Position numbers and translations under genes: made by a program. A DNA stretch of 64,000 bases from the IMG/VR virus record IMGVR_UViG_3300031963_000055. The stretch is one strand, 5' to 3'. The stretch is from an uncultured virus (IMG/VR IMGVR_UViG_3300031963_000055). Lineage: Duplodnaviria; Heunggongvirae; Uroviricota; Caudoviricetes. The notes beneath the pieces are model-generated. The model saw only the letters and a list, made by a program, of their open reading frames with translations. It did no database searches and had not been told where the DNA came from. This document shows, piece by piece, positions 46,351 through 57,583 of the stretch; position 1 is the first letter of the stretch; each line of letters begins with the position of its first letter.

Positions 46351-48351
46351 CTATCTTTCGTCTTTAGCTAATTTAGGTTTATATCCTGTACTAATTTGTT
46401 TTTGAATAAAGCTACTTTCCATAGCTTGTACTTCATTTAAATCCATTAATTCAACACTACCATTAGATTTATTAATTGCAATAACTTTTTCAATAGGTTT
46501 ATTATTTTCAGAATCAAATCCTTGTTTTCCTATAAATACGTATTTAGGAGACCCGTCACTTAATCTTTCAGCACTATTAACTACTTGTGTAGTTTTCATG
46601 TCTTGAGTTCCATCTAAAGTGTTTTTTAAATTATCTAATAAATATTGTTGTAATTTAGGATTTTGTATATTTTGATATTGTTTAATTAAACTATTACCAA
46701 TAGATGATTCTACGTTCTGTAATTGTTTAACTTCTTCTGGTTTAATTTGTCCTTTAGCATTTCTTTCAAAAGATTTAGTTAAATTCCAAGTAGGTTCAAT
46801 TAATGCTTTAGAAACTTTTTCACCTAAATAAATATCATAATTTTTAGATTTTTCACCATCATTTGTAGTAATTACAAAAGTTCCTGGGTTTTCAGCATAA
46901 AAATTAATATCTTTAATTACACCATTTTCAGCAATTTTTGACTTATTTTCATCATCAATAATTTGATTAGAAGGATTACCTGTTTCAGTAATTTTAGCTG
47001 TTTCTAAAAATGGAGATTTTTTAAATCCTTCACCTTTAGAGTCTACAGTACCTAAATAATAACTTGAAATATTGTTACTTAATTCTGCTTGTAATCCTTG
47101 ACCAACTTGACCATTGATTAACATATTTTTACCAACTTCAGTTATTGTTTGTTGTAATTTATCATAGTCTGTTTTACCATCTTTTAATTTAGGAATTTGA
47201 ATACCTAAATTTTTAGCGGTATTATTTAATCCTGTGTAAAACTCTGTTAATTTTTGAGTATTTTCTTTAGAATTACTTTTATCAAATATAAAGACTGGAG
47301 CATTAAACAATCCTGGTCCCTTTACAGAAGTACTTTGTACTTTTGTATTATAGTCAAATTTACCATCTTTATTTAAGTTAGAACCTAATCCAAAAACATT
47401 TAAAGCATCCTTATTAGAAACTTCTCCTGGTGTTTGTACAGGTAATTCATGCATTGGTAATCTGTTAAATGAAGCCTCTTCATCTTGGTTATCTTGATTT
47501 CTAGACCACATATCAGTTAAACTAATAGAATTACCTGAAGTTTTTTCTGATCCAATTTGTTCAGAGGCTGATGAAAATAAAGCTTTAACTCCTTCATTAA
47601 GAATTTGATCATCAGATATACCAGGATTTAACTTACGAAGTTTTTTGGCAAATTGTTTACCTTCATCTGTTAATTTTAACATATCAGATACTTTATCTTT
47701 AGCAACACCCATTACTTTATTAGGAGTAATACCAGCTTGTTTACCTTTACTACCAATTTTAATACCATCAGCACCAAGTCTTTCAACGTCCCAACCTTTA
47801 ATATCTTCTTTAATACCATCCATAGCTTTAGAAAATCTAGCTTCAATATCTAAAGAATCCTCCATTCCAGAATATCTAAATGGTTTTAAAGAACCATCTT
47901 CTCCAACTAATTGTTGCCCATAATAATCATCTAATAAAGGATCATATTTTCCACCTTTCTTAGTTTTATCTTCTTTATATGCTTTATAGTTTAAATAAGA
48001 ATTTTCTAATTCTTGTCTATCAGGATCATTAAAAAACTGTCTTTTAACTTGCTCTAATTCCCTAGAAGCATTAGGATCACCTGCTACAATTTTATCAGTT
48101 AATCCTTGAATTACAGGATGATATTTAGCATCTAATTCTTGCTTCTTTTTAATGTTAGATAAACCTAATTGAGGGTCATGTATTGCTGGAACCTGTGACA
48201 TTAAATCATTTAACTTATAAGTATCTGCGATATCAGAATCATATTTTTGTTGCATTTTAGCTCCTAAAGTTCCTATTTGTTCAAAAGGTAATGGAACATA
48301 AGAACTTACATATTGTTGTTGTTGACTAGTGTCAAAGCGATTACTTGGCAT
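46351..48351 (-). CDS. Virion cargo protein (666 aa)
   Basis: NRF...YVSSYVPLPF N-terminus; adjacent to RNAP gene. Confidence 0.65.
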   Translation of the reverse strand: MPSNRFDTSQQQQYVSSYVPLPFEQIGTLGAKMQQKYDSDIADTYKLNDLMSQVPAIHDPQLGLSNIKKKQELDAKYHPVIQGLTDKIVAGDPNASRELEQVKRQFFNDPDRQELENSYLNYKAYKEDKTKKGGKYDPLLDDYYGQQLVGEDGSLKPFRYSGMEDSLDIEARFSKAMDGIKEDIKGWDVERLGADGIKIGSKGKQAGITPNKVMGVAKDKVSDMLKLTDEGKQFAKKLRKLNPGISDDQILNEGVKALFSSASEQIGSEKTSGNSISLTDMWSRNQDNQDEEASFNRLPMHELPVQTPGEVSNKDALNVFGLGSNLNKDGKFDYNTKVQSTSVKGPGLFNAPVFIFDKSNSKENTQKLTEFYTGLNNTAKNLGIQIPKLKDGKTDYDKLQQTITEVGKNMLINGQVGQGLQAELSNNISSYYLGTVDSKGEGFKKSPFLETAKITETGNPSNQIIDDENKSKIAENGVIKDINFYAENPGTFVITTNDGEKSKNYDIYLGEKVSKALIEPTWNLTKSFERNAKGQIKPEEVKQLQNVESSIGNSLIKQYQNIQNPKLQQYLLDNLKNTLDGTQDMKTTQVVNSAERLSDGSPKYVFIGKQGFDSENNKPIEKVIAINKSNGSVELMDLNEVQAMESSFIQKQISTGYKPKLAKDER

Positions 48352-48387
48352 CTTATAAAGATATTAATTAATTACTGAATAACAAAA

Positions 48388-50658
48388 CTATTTACCAGTT
48401 TTCTTTTTATTAAATCCAGATTCTTCTAGATATTTTTTAAACTGAGGATCATTATAATATTTCATCATCAACTGTAAAGTTTCTTGATCCATATTAGTCT
48501 TTTTATTATCCATCATTTGATTAGCTACATTAGAACCTAATGAACCAATAGCTTCGCCTTTACCAGATCTATTTCTAGCTCTATTCATAGCATTCGCAAT
48601 AACTTCTTGTCTAGCTAATTCATTGTTATATTGACCTACAGAATTAGAAATACCAGCATTAGCATTTTGATAATCTGTATGAATTCTAGCTTTGTTAATT
48701 GTATTTTGAGCATTTAATGCAACTCTATTACTTAAATAAGTTCCAGCATTTCCACCACTTGCTCCTCTAACATTATATTCAGCTCTACGAGTTTGAGCCT
48801 CAGCATCTCTTAAAGCTGCACTAGGATCTAAATAAGTAGCTTTCATACGTTCATAAGATTCAACTTCTGGTTTATTATATCGAGATAGATTATAAATATT
48901 ACCTGCATTCTGTGCTGCAAAATTACCTACTTGTCCTAAAGTATTTTTCCAATCAAACTTATTAGTATTTCTTCCACCAGAAGCATTCATTCTAGCTAAT
49001 TCTGCATCATAAAGTTCTTGATCACGTTTGGACCCAACACTACTAACTTCAGAACTAGCTTGTAATTCTTCTGGAGACCATGCTGAACTAGTTACTTTAT
49101 TATTTGAATTCCATCTATGTTGAGCATCTATTTTAGCTGATGAACTTTTCCATACAGATTCTAAGTCATCACCTTCTTCTTCCGGAGTCAATACTCCAAA
49201 TTCATATTGAGATAGTTTTCTACCACCCATTGCAAATCCTGGTAAATAAACTTTTTTATAATCATTAAATTGTTCATCATATGTACCTTTAGTAGGATCA
49301 TTTAAGTATTCAAATTTAGGTAATTGTTTATCCATTTGAACATTAGAATCTCTTACTTGAGTTCTAGTATTAAGTAAATTATTATAATTATTTAATCCTA
49401 TGTCTGTAGATACACCTTTATCTTTACTTAAAGCTTTTAAATTAGGAGCTATAACTTTATTTCCTTGGTAGTTATAAAATCTAGGATCATCTCCATAAGA
49501 TAACATATTACCTTCTCCACCATAAGGATACATAGGTAATTTAACACCACCCATAGGAAATTCTTGTGAAGCTTCTGAAGATTGATTTAAATTAACTCCC
49601 ATCTTCTTAGCATAGGCTTCAACCTTAGCTTGTTTAAGAGCTTCCTGAGCATTAAATAATTCTTGAGAGTTTTTATTTTTAGCAAACTTCATTAATTCAG
49701 CTGTACGCTTAGAAGTATTACCATATTTATTAGATTCTAAAATCTTATCTTCTTTAGAAATATTATTAACTTTATTTAATTCTGCAAATGTTTTTTTACC
49801 TAATTTTAATCTATCTGAAAAGATCATTGAGTTCCCTGGTAAAGCTACAGGAACTCCTCCCTGAGAGTGTGGAGGCCCGTCTGCTTGTAAGAAACCTCCA
49901 TTAGGAGCAACAACATTTTCTTGTTTTTCAATCTCAGCATTAGGTTGCATATTCATACCCCCCATTGCATATTGTATAGATACTCCTTTAGGTTGTTGAT
50001 AGTTAGCCATACCTGCTTGAATAGCATTATTGATATAATCATTTTGTTGTTGTTGATAAGCAGCTTGTTGTTTAGCTTGTTCTTCTTGTGCTAATTTATT
50101 TGCAGCAATAGTTTCTTTAGCACTAGACTCAACTTGATTTTTATGTCTATTAGTAAACATATCTGAGATACCTCCCGTTAAAGCTCCAGCTACTTTTTGA
50201 CCATCTGTTGCATTAGGATCACTCATTATACCTATTAGTGAATTAGAAGGGCTTAAAAATCCTCCTACAACTTCACCAGCTTTAGAATCACCAGAATTAA
50301 TTATATTACCATTAGCATCAGTTCTATCTACTTGCGTCTGAACACCAGAACCAATTTGAGTTACAGCACCCACCGCAGTCCCTAACAAAGGGTTAATTGC
50401 AGTAGCCACTCCTACTTTTGCTGTATCAGCTCCTGCTTGTAAAGATCTAGTTTTTTCTAAACTAGTAGCTCCTGGAGTATTGTATCCAGAGTATGCTTGC
50501 ATTCCTCCTGCAGCTATAGCCCCAGCAGCCTGTGCATATTGATCATTAGATACTCCTCTTTTTTTGTTGTATAAATTAGATGTAGCGTCACCACCTTCTC
50601 CACCATTAACAAATTTAGGTAAATGAGTTTTAGGGACTTTTTTATTTGATTTTTTCAT
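48388..50658 (-). CDS. Virion cargo protein (756 aa) with repeated (F/Y)xxGG motifs
   Basis: AEIEKQE...GPPHSQGGV...IFSDRL domain; Gly/Ala-rich segments. Confidence 0.7.
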   Translation of the reverse strand: MKKSNKKVPKTHLPKFVNGGEGGDATSNLYNKKRGVSNDQYAQAAGAIAAGGMQAYSGYNTPGATSLEKTRSLQAGADTAKVGVATAINPLLGTAVGAVTQIGSGVQTQVDRTDANGNIINSGDSKAGEVVGGFLSPSNSLIGIMSDPNATDGQKVAGALTGGISDMFTNRHKNQVESSAKETIAANKLAQEEQAKQQAAYQQQQNDYINNAIQAGMANYQQPKGVSIQYAMGGMNMQPNAEIEKQENVVAPNGGFLQADGPPHSQGGVPVALPGNSMIFSDRLKLGKKTFAELNKVNNISKEDKILESNKYGNTSKRTAELMKFAKNKNSQELFNAQEALKQAKVEAYAKKMGVNLNQSSEASQEFPMGGVKLPMYPYGGEGNMLSYGDDPRFYNYQGNKVIAPNLKALSKDKGVSTDIGLNNYNNLLNTRTQVRDSNVQMDKQLPKFEYLNDPTKGTYDEQFNDYKKVYLPGFAMGGRKLSQYEFGVLTPEEEGDDLESVWKSSSAKIDAQHRWNSNNKVTSSAWSPEELQASSEVSSVGSKRDQELYDAELARMNASGGRNTNKFDWKNTLGQVGNFAAQNAGNIYNLSRYNKPEVESYERMKATYLDPSAALRDAEAQTRRAEYNVRGASGGNAGTYLSNRVALNAQNTINKARIHTDYQNANAGISNSVGQYNNELARQEVIANAMNRARNRSGKGEAIGSLGSNVANQMMDNKKTNMDQETLQLMMKYYNDPQFKKYLEESGFNKKKTGK

Positions 50659-50663
50659 AATAA

Positions 50664-50718
50664 CAAATTTAGTTATATTGTATTATATAATATAGTGTAT
50701 TTTTTTGTAATATCCAAA
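50664..50718 (-). promoter_or_regulatory. Promoter-like motifs upstream of the cargo operon
   Basis: Minus strand TTTG-N20-TATATTAT, plus TAAATTTG 5 nt before the ATG. Confidence 0.4.
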
Positions 50719-50758
50719 TAAAAACCCCAGTATTTACAGTTAAGTAATAACCAGGGTC
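50719..50758 (-). terminator. Intrinsic terminator after tail operon
   Basis: Minus strand GACCCTGGT...ACTGGGG-TTTTT. Confidence 0.6.
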
Positions 50759-50787
50759 ATTATATGTTTTTTGTATAATTATTTTAG

Positions 50788-53700
50788 TTATCTGTCAGAT
50801 ACTCTAAATATAGACTTGAGATTGTGTATTATAAATCTCACATTTGGACTGTTGTTGTAATATAGATCAATCATCATCCATTTATCTCTTATCCTCTCTC
50901 CAAATGTAGTTTTAGTTAATTTACCTGGATCAAATAAAGAAGCTGTAGAAGGAGTCGTTGTGTTATAGTTAAACTTATTTCTAGGTACTTGTAAATTAAA
51001 TCCTTGTTCAACCTTTCTCAAATTACTATCTGGAGCAATAGTTAAATTAACCCAATCTGTATTTTGATATTGATTATAAACTCTAACCTTACTAAATGTT
51101 TCAAATGGTTTATTTACATCATCTGGATAACTAATAAAGTCTAAAGAAGGTTCTGATGGAGAACCAGGATAAACATTCAAGTCATCATTAAACTCTAAAT
51201 TATCATCAATAGCTTCAGACATCCAAGTTAAGTTATCTAATACTTTAGTAAGTAAAGGTTGCTCATTAAGTAATATTTTTAATGTACTAGGATATTGTAC
51301 ATTATAGAAATTACCATAAGGACCATAATTGTGAAACCATACTTTATTATCTCTATTAGTACTTAATAGATATTTATTACTATTGATATATAAATTAGGT
51401 GTAAAATTATACATACCTGTAAATGCAGCCAATACTTCAGAATAAGCTAGAGTAAGTAATTCTTGTTTTGTTACTTTCTCAAAAATGGTATCTGGCATAT
51501 TTAAAAAAGTATATAAAAATTCATTATGATAATAATCATAAGTTGTTAGTATACCTTTATTAATAATAGGATTATCATGTTTTAATATATCATCATGTAA
51601 TCTTTTAATTACAAAGTTTCTCTGTCCTTTAATATCAGATATAGGAGATACACCTTCACCGTTAAATGTGTATATTTTTTTATGTCTAGCATCAACAAAT
51701 GAAATAGCTGACTGAGATCTATATACAGACCATTGATGTGAAGTACCAGTATCTATTGCTTTATAAAAATGTTTTTGAATAACTTGACTATCAGTACCAT
51801 TACCTAATTTAATAGATGTACCTGCACTATCATTAATCATAGATACAGGGTTAATTAATAGTTCACCAATACCTCTTTCTTGTAAGTAATACATCTTTTC
51901 TTTAAGAGATACTAAAGCCATAATTTGACCATAATTACCTTCTACATCATAGAAGTTATTAGTTAAATATTTACTCCATGAATCTTCTATTTCATTATCA
52001 AACTTAATTTCTGAAAAGAATACTCTATTTCTCCATACATCATTTACTTGAAAGTTTAATGGTTTAGGAAAAAATGTAACAACATTCTTTTCATTAGAAT
52101 GGTATGTAGGATAACCATATTGATCTTCAGAACTATAAAGATTATTTGTAAGTTGTGTATCAATATGCTCTCCAAATCTCATGGCTTGATTATTTTGATT
52201 AGTACAAGGAAATAAATAACTTACACTAATATTGAATTTGCATGTAGCTACTTTGCTAGGAAATCCTAATGCAACATTTCCCGGATCATCAGTAAAGGTA
52301 CTCTCATACGGATAATATGCAAATTTAGGAGCATTACCTAAATTTTTAGATATTTTCTGTAAATCCCAATAGTTCATATGAATATCTCCACCAAAACAAT
52401 TAATATCTAATACTAAATTATTCTTTAATGTTTCATTAATTCTTTTTAATGGCACAAAGCTACCACATGGAATATATATACTATTTGTTCTTGCAGCATA
52501 TGTATTACCACCATATTGATTAAGATTAGGTCTATAATATAATGCTATTAGTTTATTACCTTCAGTATCGGCAGTAGTTTTTCCTATACCTGATATACTA
52601 GTGTCTAAATTATTAGCGAGACAAACAGCTACAGTTTTACATCCCCATCCAGGTACATCAGATGTACTAGTACCTGAAGGGTAGATAGCAAGACCAGGAT
52701 TTCCAAAACTTTTCATGTGATTATATAAAGTATAACCACCTACTGTTACTGAATTATTTCCACCAGCAACCATACTACCTTCTGTAATATCGTAATTAGT
52801 TAATGCTGTAGAAGCATGTACCGCCTCTTCAACATAAAATAATAAATAATAAGGCATTTCATCAGAATCATAGGCTGTTTGAAATTTACCACAAGCTGTA
52901 TTAAAACAAGGAAGAGGTCCAAATGATCCATTCCCACCAACAAACCCGTGCGGATTACCAGGAATACCATTATTTGATGGAGGTATAGTACCTCTAGTTT
53001 TTATACCACTACCAGCGGGACCATTAGTCCCTTCATTATTTAACCAGTCTTCTAAATTATCAAACCCTAATCTATATCTAGGATTAGCAACACCACTTCT
53101 AGCTCTAGACCTATTAATCGCTTTTACTCTAGACCTAATTAATAACTTATCACCATTTCTATAATTATAACCATTTAATAGTAAGTCAAATGAATCAAAA
53201 GTCATTACTTTTTGACCTATACCCGTTTCACCATCACCTGAAGCAACTGTATAATCTGGACATAATGTTTCAATAGCTCTTTGACTAGGATTAGGCATAT
53301 AAATAGTAGCTGTAGTAGTTGCACCTAAAAGTACCATAAATCCAGGTACTGCTTTATAATGAAATCCCCCACCTAAAACAATAGGTCCATCTGAAGGTTG
53401 TCTAGGTTGAGTAATAATACCACATCCTAATATTGTTTTATCAGATTCAGTTCTTTCAACTCTAACTATTTGATAACCCCCAATAAAATCTTTAATTGTA
53501 GAAATATCTATAGTAAATTTAATATAAAGTATTTGACCATAAATATTATCATTATATTCAAACGAATTTCTAAAATCTGTAATACCTGTAGTTTGAGCAA
53601 TTGTAGAAGGATTACTATTAGTATCTCCAGTTGAAGGCATTTTAATATCACCTATCCATTCAGTAAAGAAAGGATTACCTTGTAAATCAAAGAATTGTAT

Positions 53701-55710
53701 TCCTAATCTATATATTTCTTCTTGTTGAAACCCTTTCATTACAGAAGTTACGTATGGATTTTTAAATCCTGGAACTCCTTGAATAGGGTATGTTTGATTT
53801 TCAGAATCTGTAGTAATACTAGGAGCTACAAAGTCAAGTAAATCTTGAGGAATTGTCATACCTGAAATACCACCTGTACTTTCTGGTTGATTGCTAAATG
53901 GTGGAATAACTTCTGGATTAATTAAATAATCTCCTGAATCTCCTTTAGTCACATTTAAGTCAGAGATTTTTATAGTTTCAGTACCAAATTCATAAGATAT
54001 AAATCTACCTTTACCGCCTAATACTGATGTACCAGGTTTATAGAAACAAGCATTAGATGATTCATCACCATTAGTATCATAATACTCATTAATACAATCT
54101 TCTGTTTGAGGTAAAGCTTGAGCTTGAGTAGATGTATGTTGTGTAGGTGCAATACCATTGTTAGATAAATAAATATCATCAGCACCTGATGTCTTAGCTC
54201 TAAAAGCTCTAGCATCAAATATTGCACTAATATCTGATTGTGTAGTATATTTAACATTACCCCAGAATAATCTATTATCTTTAGTATCTACTGTTTTAGC
54301 ATGTGTAAATCCTGTAGCTAAATTTAAAAACTCATCTAGTTCAATAGTAGCATAGGTTGATAAATCTGTTATTGTAATATAGTTATCTACTAATAATCCA
54401 ATACTAATTTCAGGTTTAACGTAAATTAATGGTATCTCAGTTTTAGAAGTTCTACGCAAAATAACATATTCTATAGTATCGTAAGATGTATCCAGGTTAG
54501 ATACTTTCCAAGTAATACTTCTTAATGAAGCTCCCCCATTTCCTTCATATACTTTATAATTAGCATTAGATGTGTCATTAGGGTTTTCATTAATTATATG
54601 TACCATATTAGATGTTTGAGAATAATTAGTAACAGCTCCTGCTGCTTTCTTTAATCTATAACATAATTCATAAGTACCTGCAGATAAATTACCAGCACCA
54701 ATATTATCAAGTAAAGGTACTTCAAAAGATACTGATGGAAATACATATAATTGTGCGGGATTCATAGCCATCAATTGAGGCTGTGCAACATTTATATTTC
54801 TAATCTTATTGTAAAAATCTGTCCAATAAATACGTTGAATATTTGATGATTCATATCTACCTAAAATAGCACTAGGTGCAATAGGATGATATTTAGTAAA
54901 ATCTATATTATTAGAATATATTAAAGTTAATGTACCAGCTTTAGTAATATCATCAATATTTAATTTCCATATAGCACCTCCGTGTCCAAATGTATCATTA
55001 CCAGGTAATTCACCAGCTACACCAGCAGGACCATATGTCCCATCATCTGGAGCAGTTAATATATAAATATCATCTAATATAAATGTAGAACCAATTGGAA
55101 TTATATCATCACTTAATACTTTTGACACATAAGGTTTTGTAGTATTTTGAGTTAATGAAGGTGATACTTTATCACTATTAATAAATTTAAATACTGCTTT
55201 TGTACCTCCTGTAGATGCGGAATAAGATATACTTATTATAGTAGGTACTGAAGCTACAGGAGAACATCCTGAATAAACTGGTTGACTATAAAATACTACA
55301 TAATCATCTTCATAAGCAACACTAAATGTTTTAGTAGCTACAGTAGTCCCTGTATACTGATAACAATTAGGATAATTTTTTATTATATAATTATATAAAT
55401 CAATACCTTGAGTACTATTAGAAATCTCTAAAGTACCAACAGTTGTACTATTTATAGTAATTGTAGCTACATTTTTTGTATCATTTGGTGCTACATCTGT
55501 ACCTTTAATTAATTGTAATTTATATACTGCTTGTAAATCAGGAAATGTTATAGCACATTGGTTACCTTTAATATTAACTAGTGCCCCATTAGATCCACCA
55601 GCTTCAGTTAAAGCTCTAAAATTTAAAGCTTGTAAATATGTATCTTTAGATTGTACCTGTTTAGATAAATCTGAAGACATACCGTTTGAAAATGTGTTAA
55701 TACTTTCCAT
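50788..55710 (-). CDS. Tail stabilisation/muzzle-like protein (1640 aa)
   Basis: NTFSNGMSSD N-terminus, IYWTD, YRLGIQF, DSWS...YGQI, GERIRDKW C-terminus; position between ring and cargo genes. Confidence 0.75.
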   Translation of the reverse strand: MESINTFSNGMSSDLSKQVQSKDTYLQALNFRALTEAGGSNGALVNIKGNQCAITFPDLQAVYKLQLIKGTDVAPNDTKNVATITINSTTVGTLEISNSTQGIDLYNYIIKNYPNCYQYTGTTVATKTFSVAYEDDYVVFYSQPVYSGCSPVASVPTIISISYSASTGGTKAVFKFINSDKVSPSLTQNTTKPYVSKVLSDDIIPIGSTFILDDIYILTAPDDGTYGPAGVAGELPGNDTFGHGGAIWKLNIDDITKAGTLTLIYSNNIDFTKYHPIAPSAILGRYESSNIQRIYWTDFYNKIRNINVAQPQLMAMNPAQLYVFPSVSFEVPLLDNIGAGNLSAGTYELCYRLKKAAGAVTNYSQTSNMVHIINENPNDTSNANYKVYEGNGGASLRSITWKVSNLDTSYDTIEYVILRRTSKTEIPLIYVKPEISIGLLVDNYITITDLSTYATIELDEFLNLATGFTHAKTVDTKDNRLFWGNVKYTTQSDISAIFDARAFRAKTSGADDIYLSNNGIAPTQHTSTQAQALPQTEDCINEYYDTNGDESSNACFYKPGTSVLGGKGRFISYEFGTETIKISDLNVTKGDSGDYLINPEVIPPFSNQPESTGGISGMTIPQDLLDFVAPSITTDSENQTYPIQGVPGFKNPYVTSVMKGFQQEEIYRLGIQFFDLQGNPFFTEWIGDIKMPSTGDTNSNPSTIAQTTGITDFRNSFEYNDNIYGQILYIKFTIDISTIKDFIGGYQIVRVERTESDKTILGCGIITQPRQPSDGPIVLGGGFHYKAVPGFMVLLGATTTATIYMPNPSQRAIETLCPDYTVASGDGETGIGQKVMTFDSFDLLLNGYNYRNGDKLLIRSRVKAINRSRARSGVANPRYRLGFDNLEDWLNNEGTNGPAGSGIKTRGTIPPSNNGIPGNPHGFVGGNGSFGPLPCFNTACGKFQTAYDSDEMPYYLLFYVEEAVHASTALTNYDITEGSMVAGGNNSVTVGGYTLYNHMKSFGNPGLAIYPSGTSTSDVPGWGCKTVAVCLANNLDTSISGIGKTTADTEGNKLIALYYRPNLNQYGGNTYAARTNSIYIPCGSFVPLKRINETLKNNLVLDINCFGGDIHMNYWDLQKISKNLGNAPKFAYYPYESTFTDDPGNVALGFPSKVATCKFNISVSYLFPCTNQNNQAMRFGEHIDTQLTNNLYSSEDQYGYPTYHSNEKNVVTFFPKPLNFQVNDVWRNRVFFSEIKFDNEIEDSWSKYLTNNFYDVEGNYGQIMALVSLKEKMYYLQERGIGELLINPVSMINDSAGTSIKLGNGTDSQVIQKHFYKAIDTGTSHQWSVYRSQSAISFVDARHKKIYTFNGEGVSPISDIKGQRNFVIKRLHDDILKHDNPIINKGILTTYDYYHNEFLYTFLNMPDTIFEKVTKQELLTLAYSEVLAAFTGMYNFTPNLYINSNKYLLSTNRDNKVWFHNYGPYGNFYNVQYPSTLKILLNEQPLLTKVLDNLTWMSEAIDDNLEFNDDLNVYPGSPSEPSLDFISYPDDVNKPFETFSKVRVYNQYQNTDWVNLTIAPDSNLRKVEQGFNLQVPRNKFNYNTTTPSTASLFDPGKLTKTTFGERIRDKWMMIDLYYNNSPNVRFIIHNLKSIFRVSDR

Positions 55711-55711
55711 A

Positions 55712-56413
55712 TTATCTTAAGTTTCTACGTTCATGATTTTCCATATGTCTAAATCCTGAAGCATAACCGTGAGGTTTAGGGATTAGACGTACCCAAGTTT
55801 TCTGTATTCTATCGTACATTGCAGCATCAGGCATATTTGCTGAACCTCTAGCACTGTTTACATAGAAATACCAATCCTTCTCTGACATTCTAAATACAAC
55901 TTCAGGAATTAATCCTTTTCTAAACTGTATCTTGTCTAACATATAAGTTACATAGGCCTTTAAAGCTTTATCAAAATATACATCATCTGGAACTAATGGA
56001 TACCCATCTTCATCTACTGGAACACCTAAATACACTATACATAATTCTCCAGTTTCTAATGAAGTATTTAAATATCCATCTGATATGTAGAAATTATAAT
56101 CTGTACAACAAGTTGGCAATTGATTACATTCTGGACATTGATAGTTATTAGCTGCAGACTTAGTAGACCAAGATAATGGTTTACCATTGTGAGTAATATC
56201 TTTCATATAAACAAAACTACAAGGTAGTTCTACTCTATGATTAACTACAGATAATGTAGTAGCTATTTCTTCCATCTGAGCATATGAACCTATCATGTTT
56301 AATGCTTCAGAAATCCATTCTACGATTGATGGCTCACTAAGTTCTACATTGATGTCTAAATCCCTATATAGACCAGCTATAATGGATTTCATTGATTTAA
56401 ATCTTGTTATCAT
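55712..56413 (-). CDS. Tail tubular/ring protein
   Basis: EWISEAL, Y.GVPVDEDGYPLVPD motifs; synteny. Confidence 0.7.
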   Translation of the reverse strand: MITRFKSMKSIIAGLYRDLDINVELSEPSIVEWISEALNMIGSYAQMEEIATTLSVVNHRVELPCSFVYMKDITHNGKPLSWSTKSAANNYQCPECNQLPTCCTDYNFYISDGYLNTSLETGELCIVYLGVPVDEDGYPLVPDDVYFDKALKAYVTYMLDKIQFRKGLIPEVVFRMSEKDWYFYVNSARGSANMPDAAMYDRIQKTWVRLIPKPHGYASGFRHMENHERRNLR

Positions 56414-56904
56414 AGTTGTAATCTTGCTAATTCTGAATAATAATCAAACCCTGGACTTTGTTTTAAATGTATAGGAATAGCTCTTGAAGCTTCTCTACAA
56501 GGTTGAAATTTATAATACTTTTTACCAGTAAGTTTTAGTTTAGACTTATCCCACTTCCATTTATATCTAAATGGTTGGTCATAATAAACTAACATACCTT
56601 GTTTCTTAGACTCACCATAATTTACTCTCCATCCTTTAATATTCTCAATATCAAAGTCTACATCATATTTTATGATACCTAAGTAACCTAAGTTATAAGG
56701 CATTTTAAAAGAAGCTGCGTCTTCTACTATTTTACGTTGAAGTGCTTTATTAAAAGCTCTAACAACTTTATAGTATACTGCATAATCTACAGGTATTCTT
56801 TTATTGTTAAAAGATGCTCTACAATAATCTTTGTAAAAATCTTTAGTTGATAAGTCTTTAGTAAATTTTCCTTTAGTTCTTTTAGTAGCCTTAAATTCTA
56901 TCAT
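56410..56904 (-). CDS. IHF/HU-like basic protein of the crAss-like tail module
   Basis: FKMPYNLGYLGI and KFQPCR motifs; synteny. Confidence 0.55.
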   Translation of the reverse strand: MIEFKATKRTKGKFTKDLSTKDFYKDYCRASFNNKRIPVDYAVYYKVVRAFNKALQRKIVEDAASFKMPYNLGYLGIIKYDVDFDIENIKGWRVNYGESKKQGMLVYYDQPFRYKWKWDKSKLKLTGKKYYKFQPCREASRAIPIHLKQSPGFDYYSELARLQL

Positions 56905-57581
56905 TTCTTACCTATCTGGTTTTGAGATAATGCATCATTACTTGTATCATGTGGCATTTGTAAGAATGGCATTACTTTAGTTTGCATAATAATATTAGTA
57001 ATATCATTGGCCATCTTTAATGAACAAGGATATTTACTATCCCAAGAGAAACATGCTAATCCACCACATGTAGATAAACCTGCTAAATCTTCAGGATTCT
57101 CAAAGATAGCAAATATATTTACATGTTCCAAAAGTAATTCTGAAGTTATGTATAAATAACCATCTCTTAAATACCATTGACTCTTCTTACTCGTATACTT
57201 ATTATATCTATTATACTTAGCTTCAAATATATTAGACTTAGGTATAATATCACCCATAGGATTAGTTACTCTAAGAATAAAATTATCTCCAGCTGTTTCA
57301 ATAGTATTAGGAATTCTAACTTTAGTCTTTAAGATATAACAATCAGTAGTTATAAAACAGCATTCTGAGGCATCTACAAGTTCCAATTCCATACAGGATA
57401 AATCCTGTACCCAAGTATCTGTAATGTCCTGACGTTTAGCAATAGCTTGTGATATGAGCATAGCTCTAATCTCTGCAAACCAAAAAGCTATTTGTTTATC
57501 TGTAATTCTAAATGAATAGTTATTTTTACCAGAATCTGCGATATTACGCACATCCGCCACTCCATGTCTCAGTGTAAACAT
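56901..57581 (-). CDS. Tail ring/structural protein
   Basis: Cys-rich; YLRDGYLY, AIFENP motifs; synteny. Confidence 0.65.
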   Translation of the reverse strand: MFTLRHGVADVRNIADSGKNNYSFRITDKQIAFWFAEIRAMLISQAIAKRQDITDTWVQDLSCMELELVDASECCFITTDCYILKTKVRIPNTIETAGDNFILRVTNPMGDIIPKSNIFEAKYNRYNKYTSKKSQWYLRDGYLYITSELLLEHVNIFAIFENPEDLAGLSTCGGLACFSWDSKYPCSLKMANDITNIIMQTKVMPFLQMPHDTSNDALSQNQIGKK

Positions 57582-57583
57582 AA

